Of a DNA stretch of 64,000 nt, positions 37,967 to 47,975 are shown piece by piece. The position numbers were made by a program, and so were the translations under genes. The DNA is taken from the NCBI GenBank assembly GCA_965207735.1, contig OZ242296.1, positions 4,416,001 through 4,480,000 on the forward strand, read 5' to 3'. Under the pieces are notes generated by a model. That model had not been told where the DNA came from. It did no database searches and saw only the letters and a program-made list of their open reading frames with translations. Numbering within the stretch: position 1 is the first letter of the stretch; the number at the start of each line of letters is the position of its first letter. Origin of the DNA: Candidatus Versatilivorator sp. (lineage in GTDB: Bacteria; Acidobacteriota; Terriglobia; Versatilivoradales; Versatilivoraceae).

Positions 37967-39948
37967 CCCGTTTCACCATTCGATGGGGCTGGATCTGTGG
38001 ACTCTTCCTCTGCCTGGCCCTGGCTCAGCCGCTCCTTCCGGCCCAGGGCAGCCGCCGGGTCGTCAGTCTCGAGGCCTTTCCCTCCGTGGATGGGGTGCGG
38101 TCCGGAGACGCCTTGCAAATAGCCATTGTGCTGACCATTCAGCCGGGTTATCACATCAACGCCCACGTCCCCTCCCTGGACTATCTGATTCCCACCCGGT
38201 TGGCCTTCGACTCCTCCGGCGCCGTCCGGATGGCCGAGCCGCAATACCCCCAATCCATTCGTCGCACCTTCGAGTTCGCCCCCGGACAGCCGCTGGACGT
38301 GTACGAGGGCCGGGTCATCATTGCCGCCGCGGGAGAAGTTGCCCAAATCGATAGCGCCGCCTCGATTCCGGTACGCGGCAAGGTAACCGTCCAGGCCTGC
38401 AGCCACAACCAGTGCCTGGCTCCGGTCAACCTTCCCTTCTCCATCTCCCTCGAGGTGCTCGAGGCCGGGGGCGCTCCCAAACCGATCAACCAGGAACTGT
38501 TTCGATCGTCGCAGCCCTCGCCCGAGACGGCCGGCTCGGAGTCGGAGCCGGCGACGCTGCAGGAATTCGCCGGCGCTCGGCGAGAGGATAGGCTGTCTGA
38601 AACCATCGCTAGCCAAGGCCTGTTGGTCACCCTTGGGCTGGTGTTTCTGGCAGGATTGGCCCTGAACACCACGCCCTGCGTCTACCCCATCATTCCCATC
38701 ACCATCGGGTTCTTCTCGAACCAGACCGAGGGACGGCTGAGCCGCACCTTTCTGATGGCCGCCGCCTACGTCCTGGGCATGGCGGTCACCTACTCCGCCT
38801 TGGGTGTGGCAGCCTCCCTGACCCAGGGGATTTTTGGGGCGGCGCTCCAGCACCCCCTGGTCCTGCTGGGGCTGGCGGGTCTCATGGTGGCGATGGCTTT
38901 TTCGATGTTCGGACTCTATGAATTCCGCCTGCCGGTCAGCTTGAATCGACTTGTCCCCCAGAGTTCCCAGGGAAACCTGGGAGCGCTGATGATGGGGCTC
39001 ACCATGGGCATCGTGGCGGCACCCTGCATCGGGCCATTCGTGATCGGGTTGCTGGTTCACGTCAGCAACAAGGGAGAACCGGCCTATGGATTTTTCATGT
39101 TTTTCGTCCTGGCGCTGGGCCTGGGACTTCCCTACCTGGTGCTGGGGACCTTCTCAGGCGCTCTGAAGAAGCTTCCCCGCTCCGGACAATGGATGGAGAC
39201 CGTGCGGCGCTTCTTTGGCCTGGTTCTGCTGGGCATGGCTCTCTACTTCCTGAACCCGCTGATGGGCCACTACGGCGCCTGGGCATTGGTGGCTTTCTTG
39301 GCGGCTTCGGCAGCCTACCTGATTCTGGTGGAGGCCCGGCGCGCCGCCTCCCGGGTCTTTGCCGGGCTGTTGGTCTGTCTGGGAGCGGGGCTGGGGCTGG
39401 CGGCGGTGCTGCTGGCTCCGGGCCAACCCAAGGAGGGCATTGTCTGGGCAACCTACTCGGAAGAGGCGTTGGCTCAGGCTCGCCAGCAGGGGAAGTCGGT
39501 GATGATCGACGCCTATGCCGACTGGTGCCTCCCCTGCAAGGAGCTGGACACGTTTACCTTCACCGATCCCGCGGTGCGGAGCGCCGCCGAGGAATTGGTG
39601 AGGCTCAAGCTCGACCTGACCCTGATTGAATCGGGCTCGGATGCCGAGCGCGCCCGGGGGCGTTTCGGCATCCTGGGGGTGCCGACGATCCTCTTCCTGG
39701 ATTCCTCGGGCCGGGAGCGCACCGATCTGCGCCTGGAAGGATTTGAACCGCCGGCGCGGTTCCTGACCCGGATCCAACGGATCGAGGCCTCCTCCAATTC
39801 CAGCCGGGACACTCGTTCCCCGCTCCGAGAAGAACCGGAACCGGGGGTGTCTCGGGCTGAAGCTTGTGCGCCCGAGCGGGAGGCAAATACAATGGCAGCA
39901 ACAATGATTAGTCGAACCGTACCGGGGTCTTACTGGGAGAGCCGATGA
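37960..39948 (+). CDS. dsbD: Thiol:disulfide interchange protein DsbD-like
   Basis: N-domain QAC...QC, TM domain TPCVYP / APCIGP, thioredoxin domain WCLPC. Confidence 0.88.
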   Translation: MLTRFTIRWGWICGLFLCLALAQPLLPAQGSRRVVSLEAFPSVDGVRSGDALQIAIVLTIQPGYHINAHVPSLDYLIPTRLAFDSSGAVRMAEPQYPQSIRRTFEFAPGQPLDVYEGRVIIAAAGEVAQIDSAASIPVRGKVTVQACSHNQCLAPVNLPFSISLEVLEAGGAPKPINQELFRSSQPSPETAGSESEPATLQEFAGARREDRLSETIASQGLLVTLGLVFLAGLALNTTPCVYPIIPITIGFFSNQTEGRLSRTFLMAAAYVLGMAVTYSALGVAASLTQGIFGAALQHPLVLLGLAGLMVAMAFSMFGLYEFRLPVSLNRLVPQSSQGNLGALMMGLTMGIVAAPCIGPFVIGLLVHVSNKGEPAYGFFMFFVLALGLGLPYLVLGTFSGALKKLPRSGQWMETVRRFFGLVLLGMALYFLNPLMGHYGAWALVAFLAASAAYLILVEARRAASRVFAGLLVCLGAGLGLAAVLLAPGQPKEGIVWATYSEEALAQARQQGKSVMIDAYADWCLPCKELDTFTFTDPAVRSAAEELVRLKLDLTLIESGSDAERARGRFGILGVPTILFLDSSGRERTDLRLEGFEPPARFLTRIQRIEASSNSSRDTRSPLREEPEPGVSRAEACAPEREANTMAATMISRTVPGSYWESR

Positions 39949-40493
39949 ACCCGTTTCGTAACCTGGCCCAGAGGAGCCGCTTGCTTGCCGTCACCCTCTG
40001 CCTTCTGCACGGGTTGTCCTGGTCCTGTGTTTCCCCGACCACGAACGGACCCGGGGATTCGGGAGCCCGGAAGGTATCGAGCTTGCCTGATTTCTCACTG
40101 ACCACCCTGACCGGGGAAACCGTAAAATCGCAAGACTATGATCAGAAGATCCTGGTGGTGAACTTCTGGGCCACCTGGTGCACACCCTGCGTCTACGAGA
40201 TTCCGCACTTGAACGACCTCTACAGGGACTTTCGTTCCAAGGGGGTGGAGGTCCTGGGCATCTCCATGGATTCGGCCGACCCCGAACACGTCCTGCGATT
40301 CACCCGGCAACACCGCATTAAATATCCGGTCGTGGTGGGAGCCCCCTCGGTGGGAGACGATTTCGGAGGCGTCCGGGCCATTCCGACCACCTTCATCGTG
40401 GATCAGCAGGGAGAGATCGTCAAAAGGTACGACGGCTATCGGCCCGCCTATATGAAGGATACCCGACGCACCATCGAGGAACTCCTGGGGTAG
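39945..40493 (+). CDS. TlpA/redoxin family lipoprotein
   Basis: NFWATWCTPC and IPTTF motifs; overlaps the dsbD stop. Confidence 0.9.
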   Translation: MNPFRNLAQRSRLLAVTLCLLHGLSWSCVSPTTNGPGDSGARKVSSLPDFSLTTLTGETVKSQDYDQKILVVNFWATWCTPCVYEIPHLNDLYRDFRSKGVEVLGISMDSADPEHVLRFTRQHRIKYPVVVGAPSVGDDFGGVRAIPTTFIVDQQGEIVKRYDGYRPAYMKDTRRTIEELLG

Positions 40494-40508
40494 CAGAGGC
40501 CATTTTGC

Positions 40509-41105
40509 GCTTGCCTGAAACACCTGAAACAAACGAAAAAAGACAAAAGAAAAAGAGCTATCCACGAAGGGACACGAAGAACGACGAAGGGCCACTAAGG
40601 CGTTGAGGTTCACCGCGACGGGATGCCAAGGTCGCGAAAAGACGGGTCGATTTCTGATTGTTTCCCTCCCGTATGATCCGCCCGGCAGGGCGGGGGCCTC
40701 GCTTGCCTGAAACAAACGGCGCGCCTAGTAGCGGGAAACCGGTTCAAATTCAAGCATGAGTTGAGGGTTTATTGACATGGATGGACAGGATGCACAGGAT
40801 TATTGGGCGAAAGCTTCCACCGTCTTGCGCTCAACCATCGCCCCGGTTTCAACCAGGATTCCAAATCCCGCTCCCGAGCTCCTGGAACCCCTCGAAGACG
40901 GACCCGATCATTGAGCGAGTCCGCTCGCTGTGCGGCAGCGTCTCGCCCTGATTATCCTGTGCATCCTGTCCATCCATGTTCAATAATCCGTGAATCCGGA
41001 TTCACGGGACAGAGTCCTTGCGCCCGATAGGCCATGAAGATTTGTTGTTTCATTCTCGTATGATCCGCCCCGCCGTCGGGGGCGGGGGCGGAACTTACCT
41101 GAACT
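40509..41105 (-). repeat. Family A array: one standard unit plus one unit with a different interior that includes a family B element
   Basis: Junction motifs at 40510-40531, 40658-40715 and 41046-41104. Confidence 0.82.
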
Positions 41106-41220
41106 CCACCCCTGGTTCGAAAATTCCGGACCTGACCGGTGGCGTTCCAGGGCATCCCGGGTTGAGGGGGTCTCGGCCGAACCGACAGCGGGTAAACCCC
41201 AGCCCGCATCTCTCAACACC

Positions 41221-42381
41221 ATGAAGCTGAACCTTCGTTTGTCGACGCTGCTGTTCCTGCTGGCCCTGGCCTCCGCTCTCACCTGGCTGCTGGGGCGTCC
41301 GACCCGGGAGGACCTGACGCCTGCTCCCTATCCCGGTCAATCCACCAGCGTGGTGGCGGCCCCGCTGCCGGAGGGGCCCCTCAGCCAGGACGAATCGGAA
41401 AATATCGAGATCTACCGCCGGGTAAGTCCCGGCGTGGTCAACATCACCTCCACCACCCTCGGCTTCGACTTTTTCTTCAGCGCCGTCCCCCAGCAGGGCT
41501 CCGCTTCCGGTACCATCATCGACACCCAAGGCCACATCCTGACCAACTTCCACGTGATCGAAGAGGCTCGACTCCTGGAAGTGACGCTGCTGACCGAAGA
41601 GCGCAAGTTCGAAGCCAAGGTTATTGGCGCAGATCCACCCAACGACCTGGCTATCATCAAGATCGATCCCGCCGATGCGCCGCTTACCGTCGTCCCCCTG
41701 GGAGCTTCGGCCGATCTGAGGGTGGGGCAGAAGGCGCTGGCCATCGGGAACCCCTTCGGACTGCAGGGAACCCTGACGGTGGGGGTGATCAGTTCCCTGC
41801 AACGGTCGATTCAGGACCAGAGAGGCCGGCTGATAGACGACGTCATCCAAACCGATGCCGCCATCAACCCGGGGAACTCCGGAGGTCCTTTGCTCAACGC
41901 CCGGGGCGAGATGGTCGGCATCAACACCCAGATCTTTTCCACCAGCGGCGGCAGCATCGGCATCGGCTTCGCCGTGCCGGTGGATACCGCCAGACGCATC
42001 ATTCCCGACCTGATCTCAGCCGGACGGGTGCGGCGCCCCTTCGCACGCCTGGAGGGCTATCGCATCACCCCGCGGTTGGCTCGGATCCTGGATCTTCCGG
42101 TGACTCAGGGAGTCCTGGTGGCCCGCACGGCCAGTGGAGACTCCTTTTCCAAAGCGGGGGTCCGGGGCGGGAGACAGACCTACCGGGTCGGCAACAGAAG
42201 GCTCCTCCTGGGAGGGGATATCATCGCGGAGGCCGATGGACAGACGGTTGACTCCCTCGCTCGCCTGAAGCGGATCGTCGACAAGAGACGACCCGGAGAG
42301 ACCATCGATCTCCAGATCTACCGCGACGGCCGCCCGATGACCATTGCCATGACCCTGCTGGAACGGCCTCGCTACTTGTAG
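41221..42381 (+). CDS. HtrA/DegP-like trypsin serine protease with PDZ domain
   Basis: LTNFHV, DLAIIK and QTDAAINPGNSGG motifs. Confidence 0.93.
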   Translation: MKLNLRLSTLLFLLALASALTWLLGRPTREDLTPAPYPGQSTSVVAAPLPEGPLSQDESENIEIYRRVSPGVVNITSTTLGFDFFFSAVPQQGSASGTIIDTQGHILTNFHVIEEARLLEVTLLTEERKFEAKVIGADPPNDLAIIKIDPADAPLTVVPLGASADLRVGQKALAIGNPFGLQGTLTVGVISSLQRSIQDQRGRLIDDVIQTDAAINPGNSGGPLLNARGEMVGINTQIFSTSGGSIGIGFAVPVDTARRIIPDLISAGRVRRPFARLEGYRITPRLARILDLPVTQGVLVARTASGDSFSKAGVRGGRQTYRVGNRRLLLGGDIIAEADGQTVDSLARLKRIVDKRRPGETIDLQIYRDGRPMTIAMTLLERPRYL

Positions 42382-42475
42382 CTGCCGGCGCGGCCATGCG
42401 CGCCGGGCGGCTCCTGTATTTCCGACACCCCACGCGGGAGGTCTCGAAGGCGGGGGGCCTCGACGGAGTGAAGAC

Positions 42476-42874
42476 ATGGTGCAGCTGGCCAAGAATCGAC
42501 TCTTGAAAACGCCTCTGATTCTGGCGGGAGTCCTGGTCTTTTTGGGGATTCTGATCTATTTCTTTGCCAACTTTCGGGAAGAGCGTGCCGTGCGGCGGTG
42601 CTTCGAGGCTCTGCAGAAGGGAGACATGGCCGCGGCCTATCAGATCTGGGGCCCCACCGAGGAGTACACCCTCAAGGACTTCCTGCAAGACTGGGGAGAC
42701 GGCGGGTACTACGGGCGGGTCCGCTCCTTCCGGATCGTCGAATCCGAGTCGCAGGGCAGCGGGGTGATCGTGAGGGTGCAAATCAGGACAGACGAGGGCC
42801 AACTCAGAATACCCATCCCCTTTTGGGTCGAACGCAAGGACCGCACCATCGGCTTTGCGCCCACCGATTTCTGA
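42476..42874 (+). CDS. Hypothetical membrane-anchored protein
   Basis: 132 aa, N-terminal TM helix, GGAG RBS. Confidence 0.7.
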   Translation: MVQLAKNRLLKTPLILAGVLVFLGILIYFFANFREERAVRRCFEALQKGDMAAAYQIWGPTEEYTLKDFLQDWGDGGYYGRVRSFRIVESESQGSGVIVRVQIRTDEGQLRIPIPFWVERKDRTIGFAPTDF

Positions 42875-42877
42875 ATC

Positions 42878-42963
42878 CGCAGGGGCGTCGCTTGTGGACG
42901 CCCAATGGCGGGAGGGTTGCGACGTTCGCGAACAAACGGGCAGCCACAAGGGTTGCCCCTACG
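42878..42963. repeat. Inverted pair of GTAG-type REP sequences
   Basis: CGCAGGGGCGTCGCTTGTGGACGCCC ... GGGCAGCCACAAGGGTTGCCCCTACG. Confidence 0.7.
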
Positions 42964-43007
42964 CTGGGGGATACGGCAGGGCGTTTGAATCGTCGACCAA
43001 GGTTCCC

Positions 43008-43514
43008 ATGGAATACTCATTCTGTCCCCGGTGCGGAGGCTCCCTGGCCTCCAGGAAACTGAAAGCCAACGAGCCGGAACGGCTGGTCTGCACCCGTTGC
43101 GGCTTCGTATTCTTTCTGGACCCCAAGGTCGCCGCCGGGACCCTCTTCGCCATCGAGGGCAAGATCCCGCTGCTGAAGCGATCCATCGAGCCCAGCTACG
43201 GAAAATGGGTCTTTCCGGGTGGGTTCGTGGACCGGGGTGAAGCCATCCAGGACGCCGCCGTCCGGGAAACCCGGGAAGAAGCCCACCTGGAGGTACGCCT
43301 GGTCAGCCTGCTCAATGTCTATTCGTATTCGGGGAGTCCGGTCATTCTGGTGGTCTATGCCGCCGAGGTCATCGGCGGCACGCTCGAAGCCGGAGACGAG
43401 TGCCTGGAGGTAGGGCTCTTTGCCCCCGGGGAGATTCCCTGGCAGGAACTCGCCTTCCCCAGTACCCGGGAAGCCGTGAAAGAGTACGTCGAGCGGTATC
43501 TTTCCAAGGATTAG
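43008..43514 (+). CDS. NUDIX hydrolase with N-terminal zinc ribbon
   Basis: FCPRCG...CTRCG; Nudix box GGFVDRGE...AVRETREE. Confidence 0.92.
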   Translation: MEYSFCPRCGGSLASRKLKANEPERLVCTRCGFVFFLDPKVAAGTLFAIEGKIPLLKRSIEPSYGKWVFPGGFVDRGEAIQDAAVRETREEAHLEVRLVSLLNVYSYSGSPVILVVYAAEVIGGTLEAGDECLEVGLFAPGEIPWQELAFPSTREAVKEYVERYLSKD

Positions 43515-43569
43515 TCCGCATTTCTCAGCAGAGGCAGGAAGCATCGTTTCTCTGAATGAGGTTGCACCT

Positions 43570-45315
43570 ATGGCCAGCATAGATCGCGAGATTCACGTCG
43601 GGTCCTTGGCGGAGGTGCAGGCCAGGAGTCCGCTCCTCGTCTCGGACGGTCCCGTCCCGATCGTACTGTTCCACCATGAAGGAAAGATCTACGCAGTCGA
43701 CAACCGGTGTCCGCACATGGGTTTCCCCCTTAATCGCGGCACGGTCGAGGATGGGATTCTCACCTGTCACTGGCACCACGCCCGCTTCGACCTGGCCAGT
43801 GGCTGCACCTTCAATCTGTTCGCCGACGATGTGGATGCCTATCCGGTCATAGTCAAGGGGGGCGAGGTCTATCTGAGCACGGTCAGGCCGCAGCGGGATC
43901 CGGTCGCACGTTGGTCGCGCCGGCTTCGGGAAGGGATGGAGCAGAATCTCAGTCTCATCATCGGCAAATCGGTCATCGGCCTCTTGCACAGCGGCGTCAC
44001 ACCCGATGAGATCGCGAAGCTCGGCGCACTCTACGGCGTACGGCACCGGCAGGACTGGGCGTCGGGTCTGACCATCCTCAGCGCGATGGCCAACCTTTGT
44101 GATCACCTGGAGGGGGATGACCGGATTGCACCTTTGTTTCACGGACTTGTTCACGTAGCACGGGACTGTGCAGGAATGACGCCCAAATTCGAGATCAGCC
44201 CCCTGGACAATGAGGAGATTCCCCATGAGCACCTCAAGCGCTGGCTGCGCTATTTTGTCGAGGTCCGCAGTACGGAGGGAGCGGAACGGTGCGTGCTGAC
44301 CGCGGTGCAGAAGGGCATGTCCGGCGCCGACATCGCCGACATGATCGTGACCGCGGCGACCGACCATTTCTATCTCGACGGCGGCCACGTGGTCGACTTC
44401 ATCAACAAGGCGTTCGAACTGCTCGACCGTATCGGATGGGATCATGCGGACCGGATTCTGCCATCTCTGGTCAACCGGCTGTGCACCGCAACCCGCAGCG
44501 AGGAGCGGAATGCCTGGCGCCATCCTATCGACCTTCTTCCGGTGTTGCGCGGCACATTCGAAGAGCTTCCCGGCATACTGGCTGAAGGCGCGGGGAAAAC
44601 CTGGGTCCGCAAGCCAGGTTTCGCGGATCAACTCCTCCTGGATGATCCGTTCGTCTGCCTGGACGCGCTGAAGGGCGCCTTGCGCGAAGGGGCCAAGCCG
44701 GTGCAGTTGGCGCAGGCCGTTGCCTACGTTGCCGCGCTGCGGATCGTGCGCTTCCACGTGCAGAATGAGTTCGCGGACTGGATCGCGGCGCTCCACACCT
44801 TCACTTATGCCAATGCGTTGCATCAACTGCTCAAGCGGACCGAATCGGCCGACCTCCTCCGCGGCGTCTTCCACGGCGCAATGCGGTGCTACCTCGATCG
44901 TTTCTTCAACATCCCCCCCGCCCGAGCGCCATCGGGCAACGGGGAAGCGAGCCAGCGCCCAGAGGCCGCTCTGCAGGATCTGCTCAACCTGATGAACATT
45001 CAGCAACAAACCGACGCTGCCGGGCAAAGGGTCTACGGCTATCTGCACGGTCGGGGCGACAGCGCTGCGCTCTTCCGCACGTTGACTGAGAGTCTGCTCC
45101 GTGAGGACGCCGAGTTCCACAGCTTCCAGGTCCTGGAAGCTGCGATCCGTCAGCACGACGAGTTGGAGGATGAAGAAGAAAAGCGGCTGGTCATGGTCGC
45201 GGCTGCCCGATACCTTGCCGCCCACGCACCTACCCAGCGGGCGCTAAACCAGACCCTGCGAATCGCCGTGCGGCTTCACCGGGGCGATCCCGTGTACGAG
45301 GCGGAAACGGAATAG
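43570..45315 (+). CDS. Rieske (2Fe-2S) domain protein with large helical C-terminal region
   Basis: CPHMG...CHWHHARFD Rieske motif in the first ~100 aa. Confidence 0.85.
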   Translation: MASIDREIHVGSLAEVQARSPLLVSDGPVPIVLFHHEGKIYAVDNRCPHMGFPLNRGTVEDGILTCHWHHARFDLASGCTFNLFADDVDAYPVIVKGGEVYLSTVRPQRDPVARWSRRLREGMEQNLSLIIGKSVIGLLHSGVTPDEIAKLGALYGVRHRQDWASGLTILSAMANLCDHLEGDDRIAPLFHGLVHVARDCAGMTPKFEISPLDNEEIPHEHLKRWLRYFVEVRSTEGAERCVLTAVQKGMSGADIADMIVTAATDHFYLDGGHVVDFINKAFELLDRIGWDHADRILPSLVNRLCTATRSEERNAWRHPIDLLPVLRGTFEELPGILAEGAGKTWVRKPGFADQLLLDDPFVCLDALKGALREGAKPVQLAQAVAYVAALRIVRFHVQNEFADWIAALHTFTYANALHQLLKRTESADLLRGVFHGAMRCYLDRFFNIPPARAPSGNGEASQRPEAALQDLLNLMNIQQQTDAAGQRVYGYLHGRGDSAALFRTLTESLLREDAEFHSFQVLEAAIRQHDELEDEEEKRLVMVAAARYLAAHAPTQRALNQTLRIAVRLHRGDPVYEAETE

Positions 45316-45452
45316 CAGGTACCCCCGTCCCCGACGACGGGACGAATCAAACGGAGTGAAACAGGGGTTCAGAACAGGTACCAACCGGGCGGCGCGACCA
45401 ACCCCGACGCCTTGCAAACCCTCTTGATTAAAATCCGGGCTAGCGGTGGCGG

Positions 45453-46100
45453 CTAAGGAAGGATGACGACCTTCCGCATCACCAGCGGCCGAGTGGGCCG
45501 GCTCATCTCACCACTGCTGCTTCGAGCGGTTGAAACGCTTGCCAGGGCGTCCACCACCTGCTGGCCTTCCACCACCTTGCCGAAGATCACGTAGTTGGGC
45601 TGAAGCCGCGAGTTGCCGTGCATGATAAAGAACTGGCTGCCGTTGGTGTCGGGCCCGCTGTTGGCCATGGCCACGATGCCGCGACGATAGCCCCGCCGGT
45701 AGAGGGCGGAGTCGCGATCGATGTCATCGGCGAAGGAACCTCCCCAGGCGCTTTCGCCCCCGGTCCCATCCCCCCTGGGATCTCCTCCCTGGATCATGAA
45801 GCCTTCCACCACCCGGTGAAACGTCAGCCCGTCATAGTAGCCATTCTCGGCCAGCAGACGAAAGTTCTCCACCGCCGTGGGAGAGTCGTCTTGATAAAAT
45901 TCGATGGTGATGTTGCCTATTTCGGTTTCGATCCGGGCTTGCTTTCCACTCGAGCTCTTGGCCCCCTTGGGCACCTTCGGGTTGCTCGGGCCCGAGGCGG
46001 AGCAGCCCATCAAGGCCGCCGCCACGAACCAGACGGCCATGAGTTGCCAATAGAAACCGACTCCCATATCCACCCAAAGCGTTCGCAGTAACAATGTCAT
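45453..46100 (-). CDS. Cyclophilin-type peptidyl-prolyl cis-trans isomerase (lipoprotein)
   Basis: FHRVVEGFMIQGGD and AMANSGPDTNGSQFFI motifs; lipobox LMGC. Confidence 0.93.
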   Translation of the reverse strand: MTLLLRTLWVDMGVGFYWQLMAVWFVAAALMGCSASGPSNPKVPKGAKSSSGKQARIETEIGNITIEFYQDDSPTAVENFRLLAENGYYDGLTFHRVVEGFMIQGGDPRGDGTGGESAWGGSFADDIDRDSALYRRGYRRGIVAMANSGPDTNGSQFFIMHGNSRLQPNYVIFGKVVEGQQVVDALASVSTARSSSGEMSRPTRPLVMRKVVILP

Positions 46101-46327
46101 ATGCAGGCTTCCTTTCCTTCAGGTTCCGGTGGTGGCTGTTAAACGCACGGGCCTGGATCGCGTTGGCTCCAGATCAGGCCCCCTTGATTGTACCCTCTTG
46201 GGGCAAGAGTCCTGAAAATGGCCGCCCCGTTCCCCCTCAGGAACAGGCAACGGTCCGGCCAACATTTCTCCGTGGATCTCCTCCACTTTCGTTTGTGTTC
46301 TGAGACTACATGGTGTTAAGCTACAGT

Positions 46328-46345
46328 TTGTGAGATTATTCACAA
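46328..46345. promoter_or_regulatory. Rex/CRP-like operator upstream of the nqr operon
   Basis: TTGTGAGATTATTCACAA palindrome. Confidence 0.6.
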
Positions 46346-46607
46346 CATGGTGTGAGGGATGATTGTTTCCGTTGTCCGCCCTGCATTCCGTTTACTCTCG
46401 AATGGCGACGCCCTGGATCAATGCTCCCGCCGCCGTCACAGCGGTGGCTGCATCTTTCTGTTTGGCACCGGACAATAGAGAAACCGGACGGTTGATGGCG
46501 CCACGGCCCCACGAGTTGATTCCGGGAGACTGCCCTGGATTGGCGGAGACATCTCCACGGCTCCGCAGCCCGGGCCGGACTTTCCGGTGGCCCCGCCCAT
46601 AGGTCGC

Positions 46608-47975
46608 ATGCTTCACTGGAACACCAAAGGTCTGGATCTGCCAATCGCCGGGGAGCCCGAGCACCGGATCGAGACGGCCTCACCGGCGCATCAGGTGGCC
46701 TTGCTGGCTGCCGACTACCCGGGCATGAGTCCGACCATGCACGTGCGGGTCGGGGACGAGGTTCGCCGAGGCCAACTCCTTTTCGAAGACAAGAAAACCT
46801 CCGGGGTTCGATACACCTCACCGGGCTCGGGCCGGGTGACGGCCGTAAACCGGGGGGAGCGGCGCGCCCTTCGGTCTCTGGTCATTCAACTGGACGCCTC
46901 CGAGTTGAGCGGCCGCGCCGACAGCGTCAGCTTCAGCGCCTACACCGGGCGACACCCCGGTTCCCTCACCAGGACCCAGGTCCAGGAACTGCTGCTCGAA
47001 TCCGGCCTATGGACGGCTTTGCGGGCTCGGCCCTTCGGCAAGGTGGCCGACCCGGCTGAAACTCCGCGGTCGATCTTCGTCACCGCCATGGACAGCCACC
47101 CCCTGGCTCCCCCTGCCCGCTTGGCGCTGGAAGGACAGGAGGCCGCCTTCGAACGGGGATTGCGGGCCGTGGCCAAGCTGACCCAAGGGCCGGTCTTCGT
47201 TTGCGAGAGTCCGGAGAGCGGGTTCCCCGTTCCTTCCGATTCCCAATTCCGACGGGAAGAGTTCAGAGGGCCCCATCCTTCGGGAACCGTCGGCTTCCAC
47301 ATCCACACCCTAGACCCGGTGGACAAGAATCGCCTGGTCTGGCATTTGAACTTCCAGGACGTGGTGGACATCGGAAACCTCTTCGGTGACGGCCAGTTGC
47401 ACCCGGAGCGGATCATCTCTCTGGCCGGCCCCTCGGTCAGACGGCCGCGCCTGCTCAGGACCCGAATGGGCGCCTCCACCGGAGACCTCACCGAGGGGGA
47501 GTTGACCGACGGCGAATCTCGCATTATCTCGGGGTCGGTCCTGTCCGGACGGACAGCCTCGGGCGGGATCTTCGGCTTTCTGGGACGCTACCATCAACAG
47601 ATTTCCGTTCTCCCGGAAAACCGCTCCAGGGAGTTCCTGGGATGGCTTTCTCCCGGGGTCAGCCGCTATTCCACCATCAACACCTATTTGTCCAAGCTTT
47701 TACCGGGCAGGAAATTCCGCTTCACCACCTCGACCAACGGATCCTCCAGGGCCATGGTTCCCATCGGGATGTACGAGCGCGTCTTTCCCTTCGACATCCT
47801 TCCAACCTTCGTTCTGAGAGCCCTGCTGGCGGGCGACACCGAGAAGGCCGAAGAACTGGGTTGCCTGGAGCTGGATGAAGAAGATCTGGCCCTGTGTTCG
47901 TTTGTTTGCCCCGGCAAGGTCGAGTACGGACCCCTCTTGCGGCAGGTTCTGACCACTATCGAGAAGGAAGGCTGA
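46608..47975 (+). CDS. nqrA: Na+-translocating NADH:quinone reductase subunit A
   Basis: [15 protein letters not shown] and [18 protein letters not shown]; first gene of the nqr operon. Confidence 0.95.
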   Translation: MLHWNTKGLDLPIAGEPEHRIETASPAHQVALLAADYPGMSPTMHVRVGDEVRRGQLLFEDKKTSGVRYTSPGSGRVTAVNRGERRALRSLVIQLDASELSGRADSVSFSAYTGRHPGSLTRTQVQELLLESGLWTALRARPFGKVADPAETPRSIFVTAMDSHPLAPPARLALEGQEAAFERGLRAVAKLTQGPVFVCESPESGFPVPSDSQFRREEFRGPHPSGTVGFHIHTLDPVDKNRLVWHLNFQDVVDIGNLFGDGQLHPERIISLAGPSVRRPRLLRTRMGASTGDLTEGELTDGESRIISGSVLSGRTASGGIFGFLGRYHQQISVLPENRSREFLGWLSPGVSRYSTINTYLSKLLPGRKFRFTTSTNGSSRAMVPIGMYERVFPFDILPTFVLRALLAGDTEKAEELGCLELDEEDLALCSFVCPGKVEYGPLLRQVLTTIEKEG

